From the IMG/VR virus record IMGVR_UViG_3300027749_000051, positions 61,155 to 125,154 of that record: 64,000 nucleotides of DNA. One strand, written 5' to 3'. This DNA is from a virus. The position numbers and the translations under genes are program-made. The notes beneath the pieces are model-generated. The model was not told the origin of the DNA and did not search any database. It saw only the letters and a list, made by a program, of their open reading frames with translations. Of the stretch, positions 9,866-19,288 are shown one piece after another. Every line of letters begins with the position of its first letter. Positions within the stretch are counted from its first letter, which is position 1.

Positions 9866-10717
9866 TTCAATATATTCTTCAATATTTATGGAGTTAAAAT
9901 TTCCGGTAATTCTCATTGATTTATCAAACTCTAAAGTTGGTTCATCATCAAAAAAATTGCAATACATTTCACCACTTTTAACCTCTGGTATAAAAATATG
10001 ATGGTCTTCAAATGACTTTAATATGATATATTGGGATGACATAGATTCGAATCGTTGAAATGACATAACAGGATTTAATGTGTCTTCTTCTAATTCACAT
10101 TTATTTTTTAGATTAGTGTTCCAAGTGGCAATAAAATAACTTGTGTATTCGTGTTCGTTAGTTTCGATTTCACCAGTGCCCTCACATCTTTCACATTCTA
10201 CCCATCCTTCATCGCATTTTTTATTAGTACAGTCGTATTCTCCTTCTCCTCCACATCTAGGGCAAGTTTCTTCTCCTGTCCCACGACAGTTATTACACTT
10301 TTCATCGTCATCGTGAGGATCGGTTCCGTCGCCGCCACAATATTCGCATTCAACAACACCATTACCATGACAATATTCACAATCATTTGTTCCACTTCTT
10401 CCACAATGGGAACAATCATGTGAGCCTTGTCCGTCACATCTTTGACATTCAGTTGTATAAAAGTCTTCATTTCGTGTGAATAGATTCGCAAATGATATTT
10501 GATTTAATAATTTATCTGCGAGAATAAAATCGTTTTGTGTTTTAAGTGAATAAATATAAAATACTAATTTTACAATATTTTCTGCGCCTAAAAGGGAAAA
10601 ATATACTTTTTGGGATTCTAATAATGGGATTATATCATAATAGATCTCTTGAACAGTATTTGACTTAGGGATCGTATCTTCAATTTTGGACGCTATTTTT
10701 TTAATTCTTTCGTTCAT
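9863..10717 (-). CDS. Protein with tandem DnaJ-type CxxCxGxG zinc-finger repeats, no J domain
   Basis: CQRCDGQG, CSHCGRSG, CEYCHGNG, CEYCGGDG, CNNCRGTG, CPRCGGEG, CTNKKCDEG, CERCEGTG. Confidence 0.8.
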   Translation of the reverse strand: MNERIKKIASKIEDTIPKSNTVQEIYYDIIPLLESQKVYFSLLGAENIVKLVFYIYSLKTQNDFILADKLLNQISFANLFTRNEDFYTTECQRCDGQGSHDCSHCGRSGTNDCEYCHGNGVVECEYCGGDGTDPHDDDEKCNNCRGTGEETCPRCGGEGEYDCTNKKCDEGWVECERCEGTGEIETNEHEYTSYFIATWNTNLKNKCELEEDTLNPVMSFQRFESMSSQYIILKSFEDHHIFIPEVKSGEMYCNFFDDEPTLEFDKSMRITGNFNSINIEEYIE

Positions 10718-11070
10718 AATTTTAAAAATTGGTATTCAGGATGAATGTCGTCTTGTGATTTTATACCTAAGAATGAGAGTTTATAGGTATCTAGTATCAT
10801 GTCTTTTAGATCTTCTTGGGCATCATACATTTCAAAATAGTATTTGAAATCATCATCGTCGTAAGAGCCATTCTTAATAGAATAGTTTCTGACTAAAAAC
10901 TTCATTGTAATATCTTTCTCTCCTTTGTATTCTCCCATATTGGCATTTAATAATAATAAATAAAAATCTAAATGTATTTGTCTACTCTCCCATGCAAAAC
11001 TTTTTATTATTTTGAAGTGATGGACATCCGATCCACTTAATTTGTTTAATATACTTGTTACGTCAGTCAT
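10714..11070 (-). CDS. Hypothetical protein
   Basis: 118-aa ORF overlapping downstream start by 4 nt. Confidence 0.65.
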   Translation of the reverse strand: MTDVTSILNKLSGSDVHHFKIIKSFAWESRQIHLDFYLLLLNANMGEYKGEKDITMKFLVRNYSIKNGSYDDDDFKYYFEMYDAQEDLKDMILDTYKLSFLGIKSQDDIHPEYQFLKL

Positions 11071-11121
11071 TCTAATAAATAGATTTATTTTTTATTTTAT
11101 TCCAGTTATACTTTAGTTATT

Positions 11122-11700
11122 ATGGCGCAAGATAATCAAATTTTAAACATTTCCGAAAAATATAAATATATTTGGTGGGGGCCAGAAAGAACTGGAAGTA
11201 GAACCGTTGCAGAAGTGTTAAGTTATTTCGATTTCAAGCGAGGGGGAATGCCCATATATCAAGCCGGACAACATGATTACAGACATACATGTTATATGCC
11301 TGATAGTGTTAAAGATTATGGATTAATATGTAGTGCTCGTAATCCATATGCCAGGACATTATCTATCTTTACTACATTATTTCCCTCATATACTGACAAG
11401 AGCGTAGATGGGTTTAAGAAGTTCATAAAATATGATCTTAATGGACATGAATTACTTCGAATGATTACTAGCCCAACTTTTACAAAAATACCTGATTATA
11501 TAATCAGACTTGAACACTTAAAAGAAGATTTTATGAAATTACCATTTTTAAGAGATGTTTTATCGGAGAGACATATAGATATGATGATTCAACATGGTAA
11601 GGAAATGGTGAAATGGGAAGACTATTATGATGATGAAACAAAAGAAATTGTCTATGGATTTACAAAACATCATTTTAATATGTTTAAATATGAAAAATAA
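11122..11700 (+). CDS. Sulfotransferase family 2-like protein (paralog of 61039)
   Basis: PERTGSRT, ARNPYARTLS, PDYIIRLE...EDF, YYDDETKEIV patterns. Confidence 0.65.
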   Translation: MAQDNQILNISEKYKYIWWGPERTGSRTVAEVLSYFDFKRGGMPIYQAGQHDYRHTCYMPDSVKDYGLICSARNPYARTLSIFTTLFPSYTDKSVDGFKKFIKYDLNGHELLRMITSPTFTKIPDYIIRLEHLKEDFMKLPFLRDVLSERHIDMMIQHGKEMVKWEDYYDDETKEIVYGFTKHHFNMFKYEK

Positions 11701-11732
11701 TTTGGTAGATTAAAATAAGTTATATATCTTTG
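11701..11732 (+). promoter_or_regulatory. Bacteroidota sigmaA-type promoter
   Basis: TTTG 11701-11704, 20-nt spacer, TATCTTTG 11725-11732. Confidence 0.75.
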
Positions 11733-11758
11733 TTGAACAAACAAAAACAAAAAGACAT

Positions 11759-12232
11759 ATGACAACTACAGCGACCCCATCGATTATCAAAGTTAGTAAT
11801 GATTCAGTATTAGCCGGAGATGTATTTCACGGAAGTTTCAAGACCTCAGTTAAAGGTAAAGATTTAACAATTATTGTTTCGAATCACCTTAAAGATGTTG
11901 AGGCGAAATATGACTTCCGTGTGGCTACAAAATGTAAGGCGGGATTTATTACAATCTCCGATTGTGAGAATAGTTCGGTTAATATTATCAAAGGATTTAA
12001 GAAAAACGCATTGGTTAATATCCAAGTTAAAAAGACTTACGATAGTGGAAAGTGTTTATGGTTTGATGTATTTACCACAAAGAATAATAAATGGTACTCA
12101 ATCGATAAGACTTTCCTTGATGTTCTTACGGTGGGTGATATGAGAACATCATTTCCTGACATGTGTGATATGAAATTGTGGGAAATGGTTGGGGCTAAGA
12201 CTTGGGCTGACAAAGCTTTCACTAACAACTAA
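11759..12232 (+). CDS. Hypothetical protein
   Basis: 157-aa ORF between promoter and terminator. Confidence 0.75.
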   Translation: MTTTATPSIIKVSNDSVLAGDVFHGSFKTSVKGKDLTIIVSNHLKDVEAKYDFRVATKCKAGFITISDCENSSVNIIKGFKKNALVNIQVKKTYDSGKCLWFDVFTTKNNKWYSIDKTFLDVLTVGDMRTSFPDMCDMKLWEMVGAKTWADKAFTNN

Positions 12233-12237
12233 TAATT

Positions 12238-12259
12238 AATCCCCGAAAGGGGATTTTTT
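12238..12259 (+). terminator. Intrinsic terminator (GAAA loop)
   Basis: AATCCCC-GAAA-GGGGATT plus T run. Confidence 0.85.
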
Positions 12260-12270
12260 ATTAGTGGATA

Positions 12271-12301
12271 TTTGTTAATTGATAAAAGTTGTTTATCTTT
12301 G
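12271..12301 (+). promoter_or_regulatory. Bacteroidota sigmaA-type promoter
   Basis: TTTG 12271-12274, 19-nt spacer, TATCTTTG 12294-12301. Confidence 0.75.
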
Positions 12302-12324
12302 TAGAAACAAAAACACTAAAAGAT

Positions 12325-13068
12325 ATGACAACTACCACCACAATTCAAAGAGTTAGCAATTACCAAGGTAATAACTCATTTATTCTTAAAATGAAAGACG
12401 CAGTTTCAAAGTGGGGAAGGCTGACTCCAAAGCAATTAGAGTCAGTTGAGAAATGTTTGAACTCCGAAGTTAAGTCGGTTGATATGGAGAATCTTCCTGA
12501 GGACATCAAGAGGATTGTGAATTATGACGGGGTGAATACTTTTGTTAATGAGATTGCTTCTAAGTTTAAAAAGTATGGTACTTTGACTGAGAAACAGATC
12601 TCCGCAGCGGTTAAGTCAATTATTAAGGAGGAAGACAAAGAAAAAACTATTCGAGTTAATTGGCCTACTCCTGGCGAAACAATTATCGTTGGTCGTAATG
12701 TGGGTCAACAGTTGAAAGAGACATATGGTTTAGAGTTTAATCCAACCTTATTGGATGTTACAAGATTGTTGGCGGTTAGTCCAAAGGCTGTTAAGTTTGC
12801 TGGTAAGATGACTATTAACAGAGCAAAAGTTTGTTTGTGTTGTTCTAAGACTCTTACAGATGAGTTTTCAATGTTGACCAATGTTGGTCCTATCTGTTCT
12901 AAGTATATGAAGGTTCCATACATCACAGATCGTTCTCAGGTAAATGAATTTCGTGAGAGATATTTGAAACGAGTTGAGGAGATCGGTGAGATGGAATTTT
13001 GGGTCCCAAGAAAACAGATCAAAAAATGGGAGGGCAGTACAGAATCAATCTTAAGAGTACTGAGATAA
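12325..13068 (+). CDS. Hypothetical protein with DUF6011-like Cys motif
   Basis: CLCCSKTLTDEFSMLTNVGPICSK; start moved to ATG (MTTTTTI). Confidence 0.7.
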   Translation: MTTTTTIQRVSNYQGNNSFILKMKDAVSKWGRLTPKQLESVEKCLNSEVKSVDMENLPEDIKRIVNYDGVNTFVNEIASKFKKYGTLTEKQISAAVKSIIKEEDKEKTIRVNWPTPGETIIVGRNVGQQLKETYGLEFNPTLLDVTRLLAVSPKAVKFAGKMTINRAKVCLCCSKTLTDEFSMLTNVGPICSKYMKVPYITDRSQVNEFRERYLKRVEEIGEMEFWVPRKQIKKWEGSTESILRVLR

Positions 13069-13079
13069 TAAAGAGTGTG

Positions 13080-13173
13080 GATCGGATGGCGGAATTGGTA
13101 GACGCTATACGTAGATAACAACCGATATTTTAGAGGGCGTGTTATTATACAGGTTCGAACCCTGTTCCGATCA
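13080..13173 (+). ncRNA. tRNA-like RNA 1 (Leu-type D arm, canonical T arm, 26-nt anticodon-position loop)
   Basis: Acceptor GATCGGA/TCCGATC+A; D arm GCG-GAATTGGTAGA-CGC; T arm ACAGG-TTCGAAC-CCTGT; stem ATACG/CGTGT closes a 26-nt loop; no encoded CCA. Confidence 0.75.
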
Positions 13174-13191
13174 CTTTAAAATAGTATTAAT

Positions 13192-13292
13192 AGTTAGGTG
13201 GCGGAATTGGTTAGACGCTGACCACAATAAGATAGGTTTACAATATGGTCTTAAAGTTACTTATCATACAGGTTCGAATCCTGTCCTGACTA
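13192..13292 (+). ncRNA. tRNA-like RNA 2 (Leu-type D arm, canonical T arm, 21-nt anticodon-position loop, long variable region)
   Basis: Acceptor AGTTAGG/CCTGACT+A; D arm GCG-GAATTGGTTAGA-CGC; stem GACCA/TGGTC closes a 21-nt loop; T arm ACAGG-TTCGAAT-CCTGT. Confidence 0.75.
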
Positions 13293-13361
13293 CAAATATT
13301 TAGTTAAGTATAGTTTTAGAACAATTTGTTCATATGTTTAAAAAAAAATAAAGGGGAGAAA

Positions 13362-13865
13362 ATGACATCACAGTTAAAAGAAATGATTGAAACAGGGAGG
13401 ATCTCTGTTGTTCAAGTTGCGGAATCAATAAAGAGGGATAAGAAACCCTCTAAAGATAGTAAAATCTCTGATTCAGAGAAGAAAAAGTTTTGGACTATCT
13501 TTAAGAAAAAAACCAATAAAAAAATTGATTCATCATTATTTCCTGAGTCACAACGGGAAAAAATGATTAATGATGTCATGGATAATTTTGATTTTGAAAG
13601 ATGTCATTTGGCTATGAAGGCATTAGATTGGTATTGGATTGGTGTTGGAGTTCCAACGGTTGAAATGCTACAGGACTCTGCGTTAGATAGAATCTTTTCG
13701 GCGATCAAAGGACTATCGTCAAGTAATGGTAAACTCCCTAAGAACTCACAATACTTTTCACAAAGTGGTGGATTAAAGGCAACTGCTTGGAGAAATAAAC
13801 GAGGTGTGGTTGAGAGTATTCGGTTGGAATTTATTTTATCTGAATCCAACTCTGATTTAGTTTGA
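13362..13865 (+). CDS. Hypothetical protein
   Basis: ORF from ATG (MTSQLKE); C-terminal FDFERCHLAMKALDWYW segment. Confidence 0.7.
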   Translation: MTSQLKEMIETGRISVVQVAESIKRDKKPSKDSKISDSEKKKFWTIFKKKTNKKIDSSLFPESQREKMINDVMDNFDFERCHLAMKALDWYWIGVGVPTVEMLQDSALDRIFSAIKGLSSSNGKLPKNSQYFSQSGGLKATAWRNKRGVVESIRLEFILSESNSDLV

Positions 13866-13878
13866 TATTATTATATTG

Positions 13879-15126
13879 ATGAAGACTAAAAAACCAAGTG
13901 CTATCGTTTACGGATGGGATAGAGAAGGTGAAGAGATTTTAGTGTCTGATGTTTATTTTGAAGAGTCATTATTTGATGATGTTATTGTTTATTCTTTACC
14001 ATACCGAGATACGGTTGTTGAGGATTATTCTAAGTATCAACCAGATTTGATAATTTCAATAAACAAAGATATTAATATTCCTCACTACCAACTTGGGAGA
14101 TTACATATTCATCTTGATAACCTTGATGGTGATAATGTCTTGGCGAATATTATTGTTTGTCAATCTGTCTTTAGAAATTGTGAAGTAATTAGGTCCAGGT
14201 TCTCTATTTTCACTCCAGTTTATAAAACAGGTGAACGTATTCGCCGAACTTATGATGGTCTTAAAAATCAGATATGGACCAACTGGGAGTGGGTTATTGT
14301 TGATGATTCTCCTGATGAAGAAACTTGGGAAATCTTAAAAGAAATCTCAGATAAAGATTATCGGGTTAAATTAAATCGAGTCTATCCATTAACGGGCGGC
14401 AATGTTGGATTAGCGAAACATAGGGCGGCAATGTTATGTGATGGTGATTGGTTAGTGGAATTGGATCATGATGATTATCTAACTTCTGAATGTCTTTCAA
14501 CATGTAATGATGCGATTGAGAAGTTTCCTGATGGGAAGTTCTTATATACAAATTGTTCAGAAATATATGATGATGGGGAACCAAAATATTATGACCATGA
14601 CTGGTCTGGTAATTGGTATGGTAGACATGATAACTATTTTGATTTTGGTTATGCCGGACATGAGTGGGTTAATGTTGATGGGGAAAATATATTGGGACAT
14701 TTTTATCCTGATGTTAACCCATTAACAATCCGATTTAATATCAGTATGCCTAATCATGCTAGAATGTGGGAAAGGAATTTCTACCATGAAATTGGTGGAC
14801 ATAACAAAAAAACTCCTGTTGCTGATGATCTGGAAATTATTGTTCGAAGTTTTTTAAAAACACGGATGATTCATGTGAAAAAAGTGTTATATTTTCAATA
14901 TAACAATAGGAATAGTACTGTTGATAATAACGCGAATGATATAAACCGAAGAGCCAGATTAATTAGGGATTATTATGATGTCGCAATTCACAATCGAATT
15001 ACTGAACTTGGATTTCATGACTGGAATTGGATTGAAGAAGAAGGACATTCACAAAAGTTTCAAAACAAAGCTCCCATCAGAAAGTATTTTGATGAAGAAG
15101 AAGTAATGAATTACATTTATGAGTAA
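13879..15126 (+). CDS. Glycosyltransferase family 2
   Basis: FSIFTPVYKT...WEWVIVDDSPD...WLVELDHDD...ADDLE. Confidence 0.9.
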   Translation: MKTKKPSAIVYGWDREGEEILVSDVYFEESLFDDVIVYSLPYRDTVVEDYSKYQPDLIISINKDINIPHYQLGRLHIHLDNLDGDNVLANIIVCQSVFRNCEVIRSRFSIFTPVYKTGERIRRTYDGLKNQIWTNWEWVIVDDSPDEETWEILKEISDKDYRVKLNRVYPLTGGNVGLAKHRAAMLCDGDWLVELDHDDYLTSECLSTCNDAIEKFPDGKFLYTNCSEIYDDGEPKYYDHDWSGNWYGRHDNYFDFGYAGHEWVNVDGENILGHFYPDVNPLTIRFNISMPNHARMWERNFYHEIGGHNKKTPVADDLEIIVRSFLKTRMIHVKKVLYFQYNNRNSTVDNNANDINRRARLIRDYYDVAIHNRITELGFHDWNWIEEEGHSQKFQNKAPIRKYFDEEEVMNYIYE

Positions 15127-16294
15127 AAAAACAAAAATTTGTTTGAATGCGATGGTTGGTAATGAAGCGCCGACCATCATGAGAATGCTGGAGTCTGTGG
15201 CTTCATATATTGACTATTGGGTGATCCAATGTAATGGTAAGGAAGACAATACCAAAGAAATAATTGAGAACTTTTTCCAAGAAAAAGGAATTCCTGGTTT
15301 TACATATGTAATTGATTGGAATTTTCCAGGTTGGAATAGAGATCATACATTACAAACTTGTTTGAGTGCAGATCATGGATGTGATTGGATATTGAGAATG
15401 GATGCCGATGAAACTTTGGCAGTTGATAATGATTTTGATTGGAGTATCTTGGATGATATTTCAGTTGACAGTTATAATATCACCGCTCAGGCTGGTCAAA
15501 CTAAATATTTTAGAACATGGTTTTGGAATGCAAAAAGACCGTGGTTCTTTCAACACGATAAACGACATGAAACAATTCATTTACCAGAAATTGGTGAGGA
15601 TTTCCAAAGATTCGACATGCCATACGGGTTTAGACATATGGTCTCACAGGATGGTCAGACATGGTATGTTCCAAGAAAATTCTTGAGAGATGCATTAGAG
15701 TTGGAGATTGATAAAGTTGTTGGAAATAAAGTGTTAGAGGATCATTATCATCTTTGGTATTTGGCGAAAAGTTATTCTGATTCATATGGTAATCCTGATG
15801 AGTTACCATTTGGTAAAGATCATTCTGACGAATATGCAAGAAGATCTATTTGGTATTATGAGATGTTTCTAAAGAAATCTCATAAGTGGGATGGTAGTGG
15901 TGTTCCAGAACGACAAGATGAAATGGCATACTATGCTTTGATTATGATGGGTATTGCTCATGGATTTATAGGTAATTTAGATAAGTCTTATAAATGTTTC
16001 AGAGACGCCGAGTTATTCTGTTCAGGACGAAACGAACATTTACTTTATCTTGCTTTGGAATTAGAAAAACAAAAAAAATATATTGATATTCTTCCAATTA
16101 TTGAGGAGATGTGTAATCCTGAAAAAGTTAATCCATTTCCAAATAGAACATTCTTAATCGAAGATAGAGCTTATATGAATACAAGTAATTTCTTGAATGA
16201 ATATAAAGAAAAAATTGAAAATGGGTGTAAAGAAAAAACTGAGATAACATCAAAACCATTTATTTTTAAGAGCGTTAAGTTTGACTTTAAATGA
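15119..16294 (+). CDS. Glycosyltransferase family 2 with TPR-like C-terminus
   Basis: ICLNAMVGNE...RMDADE (DxD)...HETI; helical Tyr/Ala-rich tail. Confidence 0.85.
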   Translation: MSKKTKICLNAMVGNEAPTIMRMLESVASYIDYWVIQCNGKEDNTKEIIENFFQEKGIPGFTYVIDWNFPGWNRDHTLQTCLSADHGCDWILRMDADETLAVDNDFDWSILDDISVDSYNITAQAGQTKYFRTWFWNAKRPWFFQHDKRHETIHLPEIGEDFQRFDMPYGFRHMVSQDGQTWYVPRKFLRDALELEIDKVVGNKVLEDHYHLWYLAKSYSDSYGNPDELPFGKDHSDEYARRSIWYYEMFLKKSHKWDGSGVPERQDEMAYYALIMMGIAHGFIGNLDKSYKCFRDAELFCSGRNEHLLYLALELEKQKKYIDILPIIEEMCNPEKVNPFPNRTFLIEDRAYMNTSNFLNEYKEKIENGCKEKTEITSKPFIFKSVKFDFK

Positions 16295-17397
16295 TTTTAA
16301 TGAATAAAAATATATATGATTATCTTATCGTTGGCGCTGGAGTTTTTGGTTCGGTTTGTGCCTATGAACTTACCAAAAAAGGGAAAAAATGTTTAGTAAT
16401 TGATAAACGAAAAGTTATAGGGGGAAATTGTTATACTGAAAATATAAATGGTATTCATGTTCACAAATATGGTGCACATATATTTCATACAAACGATAAA
16501 CATTTATGGGATTATGTTAATCAATTTGCAACATTTAAACCTTTTATTAATAGTCCGATTGCGAACTACAAGGGAGAGATTTATGCTCTCCCTTTTAATA
16601 TGTGGACATTTAATAAATTATGGGGTGTTACTACACCTGAGGACGCAAAACAAAAAATAGATAGTCAAAAATACAATGGAGAGGTGACTAATCTTGAAGA
16701 GCAAGCCTTATCAATGGTTGGAAAAGATGTGTATGAGAAACTAATCAAAGGGTATACTGAAAAACAATGGAATAAATCTGCAACAGAACTCCCGCCATCT
16801 ATTATTAAAAGATTGCCAGTTCGATTCACTTGGGACAATAATTATTTCAATGACAAGTATCAGGGAATACCTATTGACGGATATACACAGATATTTGAAA
16901 AGATGCTTGAGAATGTTGATGTAACACTTGGTATTGATTATTTTGAGGATAAAGAATATTTGGATTCTCTTGCTGATAAAGTAATCTATACTGGACCAAT
17001 AGATAAGTTTTTTGATTATAAGTTTGGAAGACTTGAATATAAAAGTTTAAGATGGGAAACACAAGTTTTAGAAACAGATAATTTCCAAGGTAATCCTGTT
17101 GTTAATTATACTGATTCTGAAGTACCATATACCCGAATATTAGAACATAAATGGTTTGACCATCAGAACCAAAAGGGAACTGTTATTAGTTATGAATACC
17201 CAATGGAATATACTAAAGAAACTGAACCGTATTATCCTATAAGGGATGAAAATAATATTGAAATATATGAAAAATATTATTCAGAGGCAAAGAATCTTGA
17301 TAAGTATATTTTTGGAGGAAGATTAGGAACTTATGTTTATTACGATATGCATCAAGTTATTGATCAAGCACTCAATACGATAAAAGATATTAATTGA
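16291..17397 (+). CDS. glf: UDP-galactopyranose mutase
   Basis: YDYLIVGAGVFG, GGNCY, HKYGAHIFHT, YTRILEHKWF, GRLGTYVYYDMHQVI. Confidence 0.97.
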   Translation: MILMNKNIYDYLIVGAGVFGSVCAYELTKKGKKCLVIDKRKVIGGNCYTENINGIHVHKYGAHIFHTNDKHLWDYVNQFATFKPFINSPIANYKGEIYALPFNMWTFNKLWGVTTPEDAKQKIDSQKYNGEVTNLEEQALSMVGKDVYEKLIKGYTEKQWNKSATELPPSIIKRLPVRFTWDNNYFNDKYQGIPIDGYTQIFEKMLENVDVTLGIDYFEDKEYLDSLADKVIYTGPIDKFFDYKFGRLEYKSLRWETQVLETDNFQGNPVVNYTDSEVPYTRILEHKWFDHQNQKGTVISYEYPMEYTKETEPYYPIRDENNIEIYEKYYSEAKNLDKYIFGGRLGTYVYYDMHQVIDQALNTIKDIN

Positions 17398-17411
17398 TAT
17401 ATTTATATCTA

Positions 17412-17813
17412 ATGAAAGTTAGTATAAAGAAAAACGGAGACTGTCTTAAGAATGAGGATATGCCAGTTATTAAAGAATTTGTTAAATTCTTAAAAACACA
17501 ATTATCTTTAACGGATGATGTCCATATTACCCTTGTGGACAAAAGAATATCTCCAATGACTACTGGAGTAAGACTTGGTAAACATCGTATTAATGTGTTA
17601 GCCAAAGATAGAATGTTAATCGATATACTTCGTACTATTGCACATGAATGGGTTCATGAGTATCAACATCAGAAAATGGGATTAAAGGACACTGATAAGA
17701 TACAGGATATTGGAGGACCCGAAGAGAATATGTGTAATATATTATCAGGAATCTTCATTAAAAAGTTTCAAAAGAATAATCCTGAGTTTGAACACCAAAT
17801 CTATCACGAATAA
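17412..17813 (+). CDS. HExxH metallopeptidase-like protein
   Basis: LRTIAHEWVHEYQH...EENMC. Confidence 0.6.
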   Translation: MKVSIKKNGDCLKNEDMPVIKEFVKFLKTQLSLTDDVHITLVDKRISPMTTGVRLGKHRINVLAKDRMLIDILRTIAHEWVHEYQHQKMGLKDTDKIQDIGGPEENMCNILSGIFIKKFQKNNPEFEHQIYHE

Positions 17814-17830
17814 TTTATCATAGGTATTGA

Positions 17831-17860
17831 TTGTCACAATAATGTAATTGTTTTGTAATC
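17831..17860 (+). promoter_or_regulatory. Pho-box-like direct repeats
   Basis: TGTCAC (17832), TGTAAT (17843), TGTAAT (17854) at exact 11-bp spacing, directly upstream of porin-pstS. Confidence 0.65.
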
Positions 17861-17914
17861 GCTTTACATGGATACAAACATCTTTATTGTTAAATAAACA
17901 ATTAAAATTATCTT

Positions 17915-19282
17915 ATGAAAAAACTACAATTATTATTTCTTGCATTGTTTTTTGGTATTGTGTTTAATTTAAGTGCACAAGAACAAACAACAAGTGAAAA
18001 GTTAACCGAACTAAATGACAGGGTTAATGGACTATCTGAAAGGATTGCAACTAACGAATCTGACTTATCTAAATTAACTAAGATTAAGGTTTCAGGTTAC
18101 ATTCAATCTCAGTATCAAAACTTTGAAACTCCCTCCTTACTTTCTAAATCTCAAAACTATTTTTCACTTAGAAGAGTTAGAGTAAAATTTACTTATGAAG
18201 CGCTTGATGGTGTAAAATTTGTTTTACAACCTGATTTTGCTCCGGGTGGTCTTTCCTTAAAAGACGCTTATGTGGTAGTAAATGACCATTGGACTAAATC
18301 GTTTAGTTTATGGGGTGGAAAGTTCAACAGACCAAATTATGAAGTTGAATATTCGTCAAGTCAGAGAGAATTACCTGAGCGTTCATTAGTTATTAGAACA
18401 TTATATCCTGGTGAGCGTGCGATAGGTACAAAATTAGAATTTAATCCTACAACTATACCACTTCATGTTCAGTTTGCCGTTCTAAATGGTAGTGATGGTT
18501 TAACTATTGCAAACAATGCTGGTGTTAATCTTAATGCTACTGACAATATTGACTATGATAATTTCAAAGATATTATGGCTCGTATAACATACAACCTTAG
18601 TCTTGGAAGTTTTGGTGGATTAGATTTCGGTGGACATGGATATTTTGGATCGTTAAAATCAAATTCTACTAGAACATTAAATGGTGACTATTCAACACTA
18701 ACTAATACTAAAATTGGAAATTCAATTGGTAGAAATTGGTTAGGTGGAGAATTTCAATTATTTGCTGATGTGTTAGGTGGTTTATCGGTTAAAGGAGAAT
18801 ATATCGCTGGTAAAAATGCGACTATCGGATATGCTGCGGTTCCTGCCGCAGGTAGTGTTGCAGCAATCCCTGAGGTATCAAATTTCCAAAATAACTTCAA
18901 TGGTGGATATCTTTATTTCATTAAAAACTTAGGTAAGAGAAATCAGATTGCATTTAGATATGATTACTATGACCCTAATACAAATATATCAGGAAAAGAT
19001 GTTACAATAATAGGATTTACAAGTACTGATGCAACCTTGAAATCAAAGTTAAGTGGTAAGGGAGATCTTGCAACAACTACATATGGATTTGCGTTACATC
19101 ATTATTATGATGATAATATTAGAATCACAATTGGGTATGATATTGTTCAAAATGAAAAAGTTGGAACTGTTGGGAAAGTTGTTGATAACTATACCACATC
19201 TACAGGAGCACCAATTAAAGCTGATTGGAGTAATATTATTAACCAGAATGTATTAACAATAAGAATTCAAGCTAAATTTTAA
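17915..19282 (+). CDS. Outer-membrane porin, probably phosphate-selective (OprO/OprP-like)
   Basis: Signal peptide, N-terminal coiled coil, FSLRRVRVKF, LKDAYV, RYDYYDPN, terminal Phe; directly upstream of pstS. Confidence 0.8.
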   Translation: MKKLQLLFLALFFGIVFNLSAQEQTTSEKLTELNDRVNGLSERIATNESDLSKLTKIKVSGYIQSQYQNFETPSLLSKSQNYFSLRRVRVKFTYEALDGVKFVLQPDFAPGGLSLKDAYVVVNDHWTKSFSLWGGKFNRPNYEVEYSSSQRELPERSLVIRTLYPGERAIGTKLEFNPTTIPLHVQFAVLNGSDGLTIANNAGVNLNATDNIDYDNFKDIMARITYNLSLGSFGGLDFGGHGYFGSLKSNSTRTLNGDYSTLTNTKIGNSIGRNWLGGEFQLFADVLGGLSVKGEYIAGKNATIGYAAVPAAGSVAAIPEVSNFQNNFNGGYLYFIKNLGKRNQIAFRYDYYDPNTNISGKDVTIIGFTSTDATLKSKLSGKGDLATTTYGFALHHYYDDNIRITIGYDIVQNEKVGTVGKVVDNYTTSTGAPIKADWSNIINQNVLTIRIQAKF

Positions 19283-19288
19283 GATAAT

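Noticed and set aside
13080-13292. Calling these standard tRNA-Leu genes or archaeal-type intron tRNAs
   Set aside because: No 7-nt loop with U33 and no clear bulge-helix-bulge motif; reported as tRNA-like only.
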